64,000 nt of DNA. It comes from Rozella allomycis CSF55. Lineage: Eukaryota. The translations under genes and the position numbers were made by a program. Positions 12,501-26,015 of this stretch are shown in pieces. How positions within the stretch are numbered: the stretch's first letter is position 1; every line of letters starts with the position of its first letter. The stretch lies in contig KE561047.1 of the NCBI GenBank assembly GCA_000442015.1, positions 203,341 through 267,340 on the forward strand. The letters run 5' to 3'. A model generated the notes under the pieces. The model saw nothing but the letters and a program-made list of their open reading frames with translations. It ran no database searches and was not told where the DNA came from.

Positions 12501-15500
12501 CGTTGTTGTCTGATATTTACAAGATTAATAAATTGATTAAACCAGTCACTGGAAAAGATGTTGATTATATGATTGCTGTTACTGCTAGCAATGAATTGGA
12601 AGAAATGAGAAGTCGCATTTTAGATAAAGTTCGCCAAGTGTTGGAAAAATGTCATGAATACAAAGAAACGTTTGATCAGTTTGCTTATCTGTGGATTGAG
12701 AACAGACAAGATTTCTTGAAACAATTTGTTAAACAATTAAAGCAAAAGTTTGTGCAAGATGGATCTCCAGAAGAAGATTTTGTTGCTCCATTGTATCTGG
12801 ATCAATTTGAACAGCAAATTAAGAAATATGAAGATATTCACAAGACTGTTATGAGTTTGGAAGGCGATGTCACATTTTATGGCTGGTTTAAGATTGATGC
12901 CAAGCCACTGAAGCAAGCGTTGAATTTGGTAGTAAAGAAATGGTCGTATACATTGTCTAAATATTTGAGTGATGAGACAATAAAAACGTTGAATGAATTG
13001 AATTCGTTTATTAAGAGCACCAAGAAGGGACTGCAAGTGAAACCAGTTGAGGGTGATTATAGTGCGCTTGTGGCATCGATGGGATTGTTGTTGGCAGTGA
13101 AGCATAGATCGTCAATTGATAATTTGTTTGAGCCGCTGAGAAAGACTGTGAATTTATTAAAGCATCATGGAGTAGATACACCAGAAGAAGTGTTTAAATT
13201 TCTGAGTGATTTACCTGAAGAATGGAGTGATGTGAAGAAGATGGCTGTTGCGATGCGTGATTATGTAGCACCTTTGCAAGCACAAGAGGTTGATTCATTG
13301 CAAAAGAAGTGTAACACGTTTGAATACAAGATGCATTTGTTTAGAGAAGAATTTCGCAACAAGGCGCCATTTAAGTTTGATGTTGGGATTGAAAAGTGTT
13401 ACGAGTTGATAGATCAATGCCATGTTGATGTTTTGATAATTGAGAGTGAAGCAGCTGCAATGAAGTCGTCGGCTGATTTGTTTGAATTGGTTATACCGAG
13501 TTTTAAGCAGTTGGGAGATTGTAGAAGGGATATTGGAATGTTGAAGAGTTTGTGGGATTTGATTTCAATGGTGACGTATTTGTTTAATGAGTGGAAATCT
13601 ACGTTGTGGAATCAAATTGATACTGATGCGTTGGAAATCAGGTGTAGAGATTTGATGAAAGAGTTGAGAAAATTTGACAAGGAAATTAAAGGTAACTTTA
13701 CAATGTTTATTTAATATAGGTAATGTTGAAACTGGTTTATTATTAAAGGATGGGATGCGTTTAATGGATTGGATCAGATGGTGAAGGATATGATAACATC
13801 GTTGAGAGCAGTTGGAGAATTGAGAAGCAATGCAATTAGAGACAGACATTGGAAACAGTTGATGAAGACAACTGGAGTGACATTTACTTTAACAACAGAT
13901 ATGAAGTTTCAAGATTTGTTGAGTTTGCAGTTGCATAAATATGAAGATGATGTCAAGGGGATTGTGGATAGAGCTACGAAAGAGTTGAGTATGGAGAAAG
14001 TGTTGGGAGAGTTGGAAAAGACTTGGAATGTTATGGAATTCACCTATGAAGTTCATGACAGAACAAAAACACCCTTGTTAAAGTCATCTGAAGAATTGAT
14101 TGAAATATTGGAAGACAATCAAGTGTTGTTGCAGAATATGATGACATCAAAGTATGTTGCTTATTTCTTGGAAACAATTTCCAAATGGCAGAATATTCTG
14201 TCTACAGTTGATACAGTTGTTACGTTGTGGTTGGAAGTTCAAAAGACGTGGAGCCACTTGGAAAACATTTTCATTGGATCTGAAGACATTAGAACTCAAT
14301 TGCCAGAAGATACTAAAAGATTTGATGGAATTGATTCTGATTATAAGAAATTAATGGCTGAAGCATCGAAAACACCAAAGACTATTGAAGTTTGTTTGAA
14401 ACCTTCGTTATTTGAAACTTTGGAATCTTTGCAAGGTCAATTAGCGTTATGTGAAAAGAGTTTGGCTGAATATTTAGAAACAAAGAGACTTGCATTTCCA
14501 AGATTCTATTTCATTTCTAGCAGGTAATTTACTAAATAAGTGCTTAAATAAAGTGATTTGTTGGATATTCTAGCTAGAGGTAATCAACCACAAGCAGTGG
14601 CTATTCATTTACCAAAATTATTTGACAATTTAGCTGGCTTAAAGTTTAAAGGCGGCGCTGATTCTAAAACAGCTATTGGAATGTTTTCAAAAGAAGATGA
14701 ATATGTAGAGTTTTCAGAAGAATGTGAATGTGTTGGACCAGTTGAAGTTTGGTTAAACAGAGTTGTTGATGTAATGAGAAAGACATTGCGTCATTTAATG
14801 TCAGAGGCTGTTGTTACTTATGAAGAGAAGCCGCGTGAACAATGGCTGTTTGACTATCCAGCACAGATTTCTCTAGCTGGAACTCAAATTTGGTGGACAA
14901 CTGAAGTCAATGCTGCTTTTGCTAGGCTAGAAGAAGGCTATGAAAATTCATTGAAAGATTATTACAAGAAACAAGTTAATCAATTAACTGCTTTGATCAC
15001 TTTGATTCAGGGTGAATTAACTAAAGGGAATAGACAAATGATTATGACTATTTGTACGTTGGATGTTCATGCGCGTGATATTGTGGCAAAATTGATTTCT
15101 GAAAAGGCTGATAATGCTCAGTGTTTTAATTGGCAGTGTCAATTGAGATTGAAATGGGATGAAGAACAAACTGATTGTATTGCCAATATTTGTGATGCTT
15201 CGTTTCGTTACTCTTATGAGTATCTAGGAAACACTCCCAGACTTGTTGTGACTCCATTAACTGATAGATGCTACATTACATTAACACAATCTATTCATTT
15301 AATTATGGGTGGTGCACCTGCTGGTAATTTAATTCGTTATGATTGTAATTAAAGGCCCTGCTGGAACAGGAAAGACAGAGACTGTTAAAGATTTGGGTAG
15401 AGCATTAGCTATTATGGTGTATGTGTTTAATTGTTCAGAACAAATGGATTACAAATCTATTGGAAATATTTTCAAGGGATTGTCACAGTCTGGCACATGG

Positions 15501-18500
15501 GGCTGTTTTGATGAGTTTAATAGAATTGCTGTTGAAGTTTTGTCTGTTGTTGGAACTCAAGTTAAATCTATTCAAGATGCATTGAGAGCTAAAAAGAAGA
15601 GATTTGTATTTCAAGGTGAAGAAATTAGTTTATGCAAGACTGTTTCTTACTACATTACAATGGTAAGTAGAGGTTTAAAACTTAAATAGAATCCCGGGTA
15701 TGCTGGTAGAGCAGAGTTGCCTGAAAATTTGAAAGCATTGTTTAGACCTTGTTCAATGGTTGTACCTGATTTGCAAATGATTTGTGAAATTATGTTAATG
15801 GCTGAAGGGTTCCTGGAAGCATCAACGTTAGCAAGAAAGTTTACAACGCTGTATAGATTGAATAGAGAGTTGCTTTCCAAGCAAGATCATTATGATTGGG
15901 GTTTGAGAGCTATTAAATCAGTTTTGGTTGTTGCTGGTGGGTTGAAACGATCAGAACCAGGTGTTAATGAAGAACATGTTTTAATGAGAGCTTTAAGAGA
16001 TTTCAATTTACCCAAAATCGTTACAGATGATTTGCCAGTCTTTAATGGATTAATTTCTGATCTGTTTCCTAAAATTGATATTCCAAGAAAGAGAAATGAA
16101 CAGTTTGAAGATGATATTAGAAAAGCTACAATAGAAAGTGGATTGCAAACAGAAGAAAACTTTATTCTCAAGGTTGTTCAATTAGAAGAATTATTAGCTG
16201 TTAGACATTGCGTGTTTGTTCTTGGTAATGCTGGAACTGGAAAAAGTCAAGTTTGGAAAACGTTGGCTAAAACTTATAATAACATGGGCAAAAAGTGTGT
16301 TTATTCTGATTTGAATCCAAAAGCTGTTACTACTGATGAACTCTTTGGGTGTATTAATCCAGCTACACGTGAATGGAAAGATGGTTTGTTTTCCACTATA
16401 ATGCGCGACATGTCTTCTATTCCCAATACTGATCCCAAGTGGATTGTTTTAGATGGTGATATTGATCCCCAATGGATTGAATCTCTAAATACTGTCATGG
16501 ATGATAATAAGATACTCACACTTGCTTCTAATGAAAGAATTCCATTGAAACCGCACATGCGATTGTTGTTTGAAATTAGTGATCTGAAATATGCAACACC
16601 TGCTACTGTATCCCGTGCTGGTATTCTGTACATTAATCCAACTGATCTTGGTTGGTCTCCGTATGTTCAAAGTTGGTTGGAAAAGAGAGAAGATGCCGCT
16701 GAAAAGAGTAATTTAACTGTCCTGTTTGATCGCTATGTGAACCCTTGTTTAGATGTTATTCATTCAAAAAGATTTAAATGTGCTCCCGTTGAAGATTTCA
16801 GCATGGTACAAACACTCTGCTCCATTCTAGAAGCATTACTAACTCCAAAGAATACTCCCAAAGGTTGTGACAAGGAATGGTTTGAAATATATTTTGTGTT
16901 TGCTGCTGTGTGGGCATTCGGTGGTATAATGTATGCAGACACGATGGTTGACTACCGTGTCGAGTTTAGTAAATGGTGGAACACGGAATTCAAGCTGGTA
17001 AAGTTTCCACCAACTGGCACTGTTTTTGATTATTATGTTGACAATGAAACAAAGAAATTCATGCCGTGGGCTGATAAAGTTCCCTCTTTTACTTTTGATC
17101 CTGAAGTGCCGCTGCAAAATGTTCTGGTTAATACTGTTGAAACTTATAGAACTAAATATTTGCTGGACTTGCTGGCTGATAATGGGAAGCCTGTGTTGCT
17201 GATTGGACCAGCTGGTTCAGGTAAAACTGTGCTTATGCAAGACAAACTGGCTCAGTATGGCGAAGACAGGATGATTGTTAATATTTCATTTAATTTTTAT
17301 ACAACGTCCTTGTCGTTGCAGCAAGTGTTGGAGAAGCCCTTGGAGAAAAAGGCGGGAAGGAATTATGGACCCCCTGGTCAGAAGAAGTTGATTTACTTTT
17401 TGGATGATTTGAATATGCCTGAAGTTGACAAGTACGGGACAGCGCAGCCGCATACTATACTGAGACAGCATTTGGATTACAAGCATTGGTATGATAGAAG
17501 CAAATTGACGCTGAAAGAAATACACAATTGCCAATATGTAGCATGTATGAATCCAACTGCTGGTAGTTTTACGATTACTTCAAGGTTGCAAAGACACTTT
17601 TCAACGTTTTCTGTGAATTTTCCTGCAATGGAATGCCTTACGACTATTTATAATAGCATCTTGTCGCAGTTTCTGAGAGGGTTTGGAGAGAAGATTAATA
17701 AGAGCTGTGATAGACTTGTTAATGGAATTATAGCGTTGCATAAAAAGGTAAAATTAGTTGGCATTGATTAGAAAGGTTGCGTCTGTGTTTTTACCGACGG
17801 CTGTTAAATTTCATTATGTGTTTAATTTGCGAGACTTGTCTAGTATAATCCAGGGGATATTGTTTGCGCAGACGAGTGTTATAAAGGAGCCTATTGATTT
17901 AATTAGACTGTGGTTGCACGAAAGTACGAGAGTTTATGGGGACAAGCTGGTTAATGCTGATGATAGAAAGGCGCTGAGTGCGATACAGGCGGAGATTATA
18001 AAGAAATCGTTTGAAGAGATGGACCAGAAGAGTGTGTTTGCAGAGCCATTGGTGTTTTCGCATTTCGCTGGTGGGTTGAGTGAGCCAAAGTACATGTCGA
18101 TCAAGGATTGGGCGTCGTACAAGAAGATACTAGAGGAAGCGTTGGAGCAGTATCAAGAAGCGAATGCCGCGATGGATTTGGTGTTGTTTGAAGATGCGAT
18201 GAGCCATATATCGCGAGTGAGCAGGATACTAGAGTCACCGAGAGGAAATGGACTGTTGATTGGAGTTGGTGGCAGTGGCAAGCAGTCTTTGGCTAGATTG
18301 GCGGCGTTTATGAGTGGCAAGGATATCTTCCAAATAACGTTGAAGAAGGGGTACAGTAGTGCGGATTTGAAGTTGGATTTGGCCATGTTGTATCAAAAGA
18401 CTGGAATTAAGAAGCAGGGGGTTGTGTTTCTGTTGACTGATTCGCAGATTGCTGATGAGAGATTTTTGGTTTTGATTAATGATTTGCTTGCTAGTGGGAA

Positions 18501-21500
18501 TATTCCTGGACTGTTTCCGGATGAAGATTATGAGAATATTATTAATGCGATGAGGAATGAAGTTAAAGCTTTGGGACTTATTGATACGAGAGAAGCTTGT
18601 TGGGATTTGTTTATCAAGACTGTTAGAAAGAATTTAAAAGTAAATTGAATTTAAATGTTTAAAAAAGGTTGTGTTGTGTTTTAGTCCAGTTGGAAGTGCA
18701 TTGAGAAACAGATGCCGAAAGTTCCCAGCAATAGTTAATTGTACAATGATAGATTGGTTTTCGGAATGGCCGCAGGAAGCATTGTTGAGTGTAGCGCAGA
18801 GATTTATTGATAATTGTGATTTGGTGCCCCAAGAGTTGAAAGAGAGTGTTACAAAATTCATGGCGTTTGCGCATCAGAGTGTGAATGATGTGAGCAAAAA
18901 GTATTTGGAGAATGACAAGAGATACAATTATACAACACCCAAGAGCTTTTTAGAGTTGATTAATTTGTACAAGATAATGTTGGAAAAGAAGTCTACAGAG
19001 TTGCTGTCTAGTATGGAGAGATTGGAGAATGGGCTGGCTAAATTGCAGAGCACGGCGTCGCAGGTTGATGATTTGAAAGCAAAGCTTGCGAGCCAGGAGG
19101 TTGAATTGAGAGCCAAGAATGAGGAAGCTAATAGATTGATTGAAAGGGTTGCGATTGATACAGAAAAGGTTAATAAAGAAAAAGCTATTGCTGATGAAGA
19201 GGAGAGAAAGGTTGATGCGTTTGCAAAGGAAGTAGCAGAGAAGCAGCGCCAGTGTGCAGAAGATTTGCGGGCAGCTGAGCCAGCATTGGCAGCAGCAGAG
19301 GAAGCGTTGAATACATTGAACAAGGCTAATTTAACAGAACTGAAATCATTTGGATCGCCAACAGATGAAATTAAGAATGTAGTGGCGGCTGTTATTGTGT
19401 TGTTGTCTCCACCGGGAAAGATTGCCAAGGATAGATCATGGAAAGCTGGGAAAGCAATCATGGCCAAGGTGGATCAATTTTTGGAAACATTGATTAAATT
19501 TGACAAGGAGAATATAGACAAGAGTAATTTAGAGGCATTGGCACCGTATTTGAGTGATCCCAATTTCAATACAGAGTTTATAAAGACAAAGTCAGCGGCT
19601 GCAGCTGGGCTGTGTGGATGGGTGATTAATATAGTAAAGTATTTTGAAGTTTACTGTGATGTTGAGCCCAAGAGGAAAGCGTTGGAGCAAGCTAATTTGG
19701 ATTTGAGTGTAGCGCAGAATAGACTGGCAGAGATTCAGAATAAGATTATGGAGTTGAATAAGAATTTGAGTGATTTGAAGGCTAAATTTGAGAAAGCGAC
19801 GGCTGATAAATTGAGGTGTGAAGAAGAAGCAAAGAGAACGCAGGAAACTATTATATTGGCTAATAGGTTAGTTGGAGGGTTGGCGTCTGAGAATGTTAGA
19901 TGGGCTATTTCTGTGGACAAGTTTAAAGAGCAGCAGAAAACATTAACAGGTAATTTTAGTAGGTTTGATTTAATTAGGTATTTTAATAAACTTTCTATGA
20001 TGATTAGGTGATGTGTTACTAGCAGCAGCGTTCTTGTCTTATGTTGGATGTTTTACCAAGAAATATAGAACAGAGTTGATAACAGAGAAATGGTTGCCAT
20101 TTTTGAATGATCCCAGCAACAATATTCCCATGAGTTCTGATATTGATGCATTGAAGATATTGACTAATGATGCAGAGATAGCCAAGTGGTGTAATGAAGG
20201 GCTGCCGAATGATAGAGTGTCATTAGAGAATGCGACTATTTTTGTTAATTGCAAGAGATGGCCATTGATTATAGATCCGCAGTTGCAGGGGATTAGATGG
20301 GTGAAGAATAGAGAAAAGAATTTGAGAATAGTGAGACTTGGACAGAGAGGGTATTTGGATGTGATTGAGAAAGCAGTGAGTTCAGGGGATGTAGTGTTGT
20401 TGGAGGATATTGGTGTTAATTTGGATCCAGTGTTGGATGCTCTAATTGGAAGGAATACGATTAAAAAGGGAAAGTATATAAAGATTGGAGACAAGGAAGT
20501 TGAATATGATTCAAACTTTAGATTGATACTGCAAACGAGAATAGCCAATCCACATTATCCACCTGAAATACAAGCGCAAACTAGTTTGATTAATTTTACA
20601 GTGACGATTGCAGGGCTGGAAGATCAGTTGTTGGCTGATGTTGTTAATTCAGAGAGACCAGAACTAGAAAGAACCAAGGCAGAGTTGACTAAACAGCAAA
20701 ATGAATTCAAGATTAAATTGACAGAGTTGGAAGATTCGTTGTTGAGTAGACTGAGTGCAGCAGAGGGCAACTTTCTTGGTGATTATGCGCTTGTGGAGAA
20801 TTTGGAAACGACCAAGAGAACAGCGACAGAGATTGAAGTGAAAGTGGAGGAAGCTAAAAAGACTGAAAAGAAGATTAACGAGACGAGAGAGTTGTATCGA
20901 CCAGTGGCTGCACGGTCGTCATTGTTGTATTTTCTGTTGAATGATTTGAACCAGATTAATCCAATGTACCAGTACTCGCTAAATGCGTTTAAAGTTGTGT
21001 TTCAAGCTGCGATTAATTCAGCTGAAAAGAGTGAAGAGTTGAAGGAGCGTGTGTTTGCGTTGATTGACAATATAACATTTTCAGTGTTCAAATATACCAC
21101 TAGGGGGTTGTTTGAAAGAGATAAATTAATCTTTGTGACTCAAATGACGTTTTCTATATTGAAGCATCAGAATGATATAGATTTGGAGCAATTAGATTTT
21201 CTGTTGAGAGGCCCAGTGATATTGAATGTGAATAGTCCTGTTGAATGGTTGAATAACAATTCATGGGGGATGGTCAAGGCATTGTCTAATTTAGACTCAC
21301 TGAAGATTCTAGCGAGTGATATTGAGAATTCATCAAAGAGATGGAAAAAGTATTGCGAACATGAATCACCTGAAAATGAAAAGCTTCCACAAGAGTGGAA
21401 GAACAAGACTGCTTTAGAAAAACTTTGTATTATTAGAGCATTGAGACCTGATAGATTAACTTATGCTGTGAGAAATTTTGTTAAAGAAAAGATGGGCACA

Positions 21501-23414
21501 AAGTATATTGACAGTACAAGAGTTCCATTAAAGATTTCATTCCAAGAATCATCACCTGGCACTCCAATCTTTTTTATTTTATCCCCTGGTGTTGATCCAG
21601 TTAAAGAAGTTGAAGAATTGGGATTAAGTTTGAATTTCACTGAAGATAATGGAAAGTTTTATAATATTTCACTTGGACAGGGGCAGGAGGTTATTGCTGA
21701 ACAGAAATTGGATTTGGCGTATAAAGATGGTGGATGGGTCATGCTGCAGAATATTCATTTGACTGTCAAGTGGCTCCCTACATTGGAAAAGAAATTGGAA
21801 TCGCTCAGTCAAAATAGTCATCCTGATTTCAGAGTGTTTTTATCTGCTGAACCAAGCGCTGATCCTGCGTTCCATGTTATTCCAACTTCCATTCTCCAAT
21901 CTTCAATCAAAGTAATTGAATTTATTCTTTTAAACATTTAGATTACAAATGAACCGCCAACTGGAATGAATGCTAATATTCACAGAGCACTAGACAACTT
22001 TAAACAAGAAACACTGGAAATGTGCAGCAAGGAATCTGAATTCAAAACTATTCTATTCTCTCTTTGCTACTTTCATGCTGTTGTTTTAGAAAGAAGAAAG
22101 TTTGGCACACAGGGTTGGAATAAAGGGTATCCATTCAACACTGGTGATCTAACAATCTCTGTTAATGTTCTCTACAATTACCTTGAAGCGTCAGTCAAAG
22201 TGCCATGGGTTGATCTAAGATACATTTTTGGTGAAATCATGTACGGTGGTCACATTTCTGATGTAATTTAAACTATTATTCTAAATGTAGGATTGGGATA
22301 GAAGATTGTGTTCAGCTTATTTGGAAACATTTGTCAATGAACAGCTATTTGAAGGCGCAATGGAGTTCGCTCCTGGGTTTCCTGTTCCACCACCAAGCGA
22401 CTACAAGGAATACCATCGCTACATTGACGATCAACTGCCTCCTGAAACACCTTATCTATACGGTCTACATCCAAACGCTGAAATTGATGTATTGACTAAA
22501 ACTGCCGACAAGCTGTTCAAAACTATCCTTGAAATGCAACCACAAGAAACAGCTGGCGGCTCTGTTGTGTCAAGAGAAGAAAAAGTTAAACAGATTTTAG
22601 ATGATATTATTGAACGGTTGCCTGAATCATTCAACACTCTTGAAATGATCGCCAGAGTGGAAGAGAGAACGCCTTACATTTCAGTAGCTATCCAGGAATG
22701 CGATAGAATGGCTATTCTCACTAATGAAATCAGACGGTCTTTGAAAGAACTTGATTTGGGACTTAAAGGGGATCTCACAATCTCTGAAAACATGGAATCA
22801 CTAATGAATGCAATGTTCCTGAATGAAGTACCAAACAATCTCAACTAATATAATAGGTTCCTGAATCATGGAAGAAGATGGCTTACCAATCAACATACGG
22901 TCTCGCCCAATGGTACGCCGACCTCCTAACCCGCATCAAAGAACTAGAATCATGGGTCTCTGAATTCCAGCTCCCATCCGTCGTCTGGCTCTCCGGCTTA
23001 TTCAATCCCCAGTCATTCCTCACAGCGATCATGCAAACAACAGCCAGAAAGAACGAATGGCCTTTAGATAAAATGACGCTCAACGTTGACGTCACAAAGA
23101 AAACCAGAGAAGAGTTCAACGCACCGCCACGAGAGGGAGCGTACATTCATGGGCTGTTCATGGAAGGCGCTAGATGGGATACCGCGTCTGGTATGATCCA
23201 GGAATCGCTGTTAAAGGAACTCACACCATCTATGCCCGTTATTTATGTCAAGGCGGTGACTATTGATAAAAAGGATACAAAGGGCGTTTATGAGTGCCCG
23301 CTTTATACTACAAAGACTAGAGGACCCACTTTTGTTTGGACTTTTAATTTGAAGACTAAAGAAAAACCGCAGAAATGGACCCTGGCGGGAGTTGCTCTTT
23401 TATTGTCAATTTAA
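9549..23414 (+). CDS. Axonemal outer-arm dynein beta-type heavy chain (DNAH9/11/17 class), full length
   Basis: DHC_N1/N2, AAA1 [13 protein letters not shown]2 [11 protein letters not shown]3 [11 protein letters not shown]4 GVGGSGKQS, stalk, C-terminal [10 protein letters not shown]; about 14 intron positions join the ORF pieces. Confidence 0.95.
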
Positions 23415-23493
23415 ATAAACGTGATGAAGGAATTTTAAAATTTTCAAGTTTATCTTTATAAAATGCAAATTTATTCATTTCGTTTATTTTCGT

Positions 23494-24801
23494 TTATTGC
23501 TGCATTCTGGATGTGGCAGATTGAGTTAATTCCCTTTTAATCTCCTTTGAAATCAAATAATGCTCCTTTTTGCCAGCAAGACTCAATAGAACCTCCTTTT
23601 GTTCATCTGTTAAATCATCCTTGTATCTAATCAACCAAAACATAATCAAACAACCTTTGACAAAACACTAGAAACGCTTGATGCCACAGAACAGGCAATT
23701 CACGAGAATCATTCGCAAATCTCGCAAAATGATACACCAATGAATCAATAACTTGGAACGGCATCGCATATTTCTTGTCCAAAAGACATTTAATAAATAT
23801 ACTACATGCTGGTGAATAGTCCATCTCGGCAAGTTTCAGTAAAGCTGCACTGGAATGCAACACGGGAATGCTCACCTTGGTTATCACGGAGCCTACTATT
23901 GTCGCCTCACGCAGTGTGCATTGGTCTTCAACTAACGGGAGTATGATACCCTTGAAAAAGGCCGCTGGCTTGTACACTGATTTCTTTAAGGCATTGTATA
24001 AATGCACGTTAAGTTTTGATGTTTCTTTAATATTTATACGCACATGTTCAAGCAAAATGTTGAAATAGAATCTATTCATCAAATACGTAATAAATTACAC
24101 TTGGGACATTCTGGCGTTCAAGTTGGATGCGAATATTCTTGTGGCTTCATAGACAGCATGCGGTGTCCATTCCATCGGATTAGTTAAAGCCAGAACAGAT
24201 TCCCTGCTGAATGCAAATCAACATTATTACCAGTTCTTTAATGAAGGAATAACCTTGAAAGCTTTGGGCAATTTGCCGCTTTTATATCTAGACAAGAGCA
24301 GCCCAACTTTGGAGTAAACTTGGACTATCTTTGGATGCAGATTTGAATTCTTGGCAGCCTCAGTCTGTGGCAAATTGATTCTATCGACCAACTGGTCAGC
24401 CTGGATTCCACTCACAAACTGGTTGAATATTTGCTCCTCCTGTGGATCTATTGTATTCGCATTTTCGTCTTCATAGTCACTCCATTCGTCATCAACTTCA
24501 TTGTCACTGTCCACGGCCATTGTCGATTCAAACACGGCCGGCATCTCCATCTTGTCTTTTGATGATTTATTTTCTTCGTCAAAAATTTCTTCTTGCTGTT
24601 TCTTTACAGCCTTCATTATTCTTTTTGATGTGACGGCGTCTATCTAGAGTTTCGTTTTAAAGAATTTGGTACCACATTTTCTTCCAAATCGGAATCAGAT
24701 TCTTGGTTTTTGGTTTTATTCTTCATTGTGACATATGTATCACGCTCTAACTGGGCCTGCAAAGGAGGCAAACGCTTGGAAGAAGATTTGCGAATTTTCA
24801 T
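23494..24801 (-). CDS. ENP1: Bystin / Enp1
   Basis: [52 protein letters not shown]. Confidence 0.93.
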
Positions 24802-24813
24802 TATTACAGGGGT

Positions 24814-25235
24814 ATGCACGGGTGCAGCTTGGAACCAGCTATTTTTGCACATTTGAGCTGCAGAAACGGTAGGAGAAGGTTACTGGCAAAGTAAATGTAT
24901 TAAATTGGGTTTAAAAAGGTACGAAAATTATGTTTCTTGGAAAGCAGAGTTTTACCGATTACGCTCAACGAACCTATTGCGATTGAACTAGCTATAAATG
25001 AAAAAAAGAGATCGATTTTAATTTGTGATACTTCATTAATTGAAAATGGTTTGTTGGAAAATGAAGTCTACTTCTTTATTGGTGATGTTGATTGGGTAGA
25101 AATTTTGAAAAAATATTCTAGGAAAAAAGATATTTCAATATCAAAGTTGCGAGAAGAGTAAATATTAAATGGCCAGATGATGTTCTTGTTTGGCAAAAGG
25201 TAGCATCAAAGGTCCTTCACTATGGAAATTCTTAA
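24814..25235 (+). CDS. Small OB-fold-like protein, possibly TEN1 (CST complex)
   Basis: Spliced ~110 aa: MHGCSLEPAIFAHLSCRNGRRRLLAKVLPITLNEP...ILICDTSLIENGLLENEVYFFIGDVDWEKRYFNIKVARRV...; resembles the Ten1 pattern by eye only. Confidence 0.4.
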
Positions 25236-25346
25236 ATCGTTATTCGTCACAGTTGTATAGTATTTATTTTCACCGCTTTGAATTGTTTCAAAGGCTTATT
25301 GCTCCTTGGGTACCTTAAATAAATTTTGTTTCGGATATTTCTTGTC

Positions 25347-25856
25347 ATGGAACTGGATGTAGGGAGACAGTGTTCTTTAAAATCTTGCAAACAACTAGAT
25401 TTTTTACCTTTTAAATGCCCCGCTTGTAGTCTTAGTTTTTGGTAAAAATAGAAGTGATTATAAAGTAGCGAAAATCACTGGAAGCCTGGTGACCATAGTT
25501 GCGTGAAACGAAGAGAATATGAACTCAAGAGAGACAACAAAACGATAGACTGTCCTGTTTGTTCGTTACCGATATCAATTCCATTTGGCCAAGATCCGAA
25601 TATTTATGTGGATGAACATATAAGAAAAGGTTGCAAGAAAGTTGAAATTTACCCTCACAAATGCAGTGTTGAAAAATGCAATCAGAAAGTGGCAGTGCGC
25701 ATTAAATGTAAAAATTGCAATAAAAATTATTGCTTAAAACACAGATTTCCTGGTGACCATAATTGTGCAAAGAAAGTAAGTAATGTAAATAACACCGATA
25801 CATGTGGGATTCAACAAGTCTCGCAGTGCTCGTTAAATCGGACGGGGAGTTTCTAA
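25347..25856 (+). CDS. AN1-type zinc finger protein (ZFAND2/AIRAP-like)
   Basis: MELDVGRQCSLKSCKQLDFLPFKC, CPVCSLPI...DPNIYVDEHI, CKNCNKNYCLKHRFPGDHNC. Confidence 0.88.
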
Positions 25857-26015
25857 TTAATAAAAATTTCTTCACACAAAACAACTGTTTTCTATCGTGA
25901 TCATTTTNGGGCTACAAATTTTATCTTTTAATATAATTTTATAATCGATTGCATAATAATTAATATAATTTTATAATCGATTGTATACGTTTTAAGATTC
26001 GCTACACTATGGGAN

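Noticed and set aside
10421-23146. Many antisense or alternate-frame ORFs inside the dynein gene (e.g. 18928-19467, 20039-20548)
   Set aside because: Shadows of the biased coding strand with no recognisable motifs
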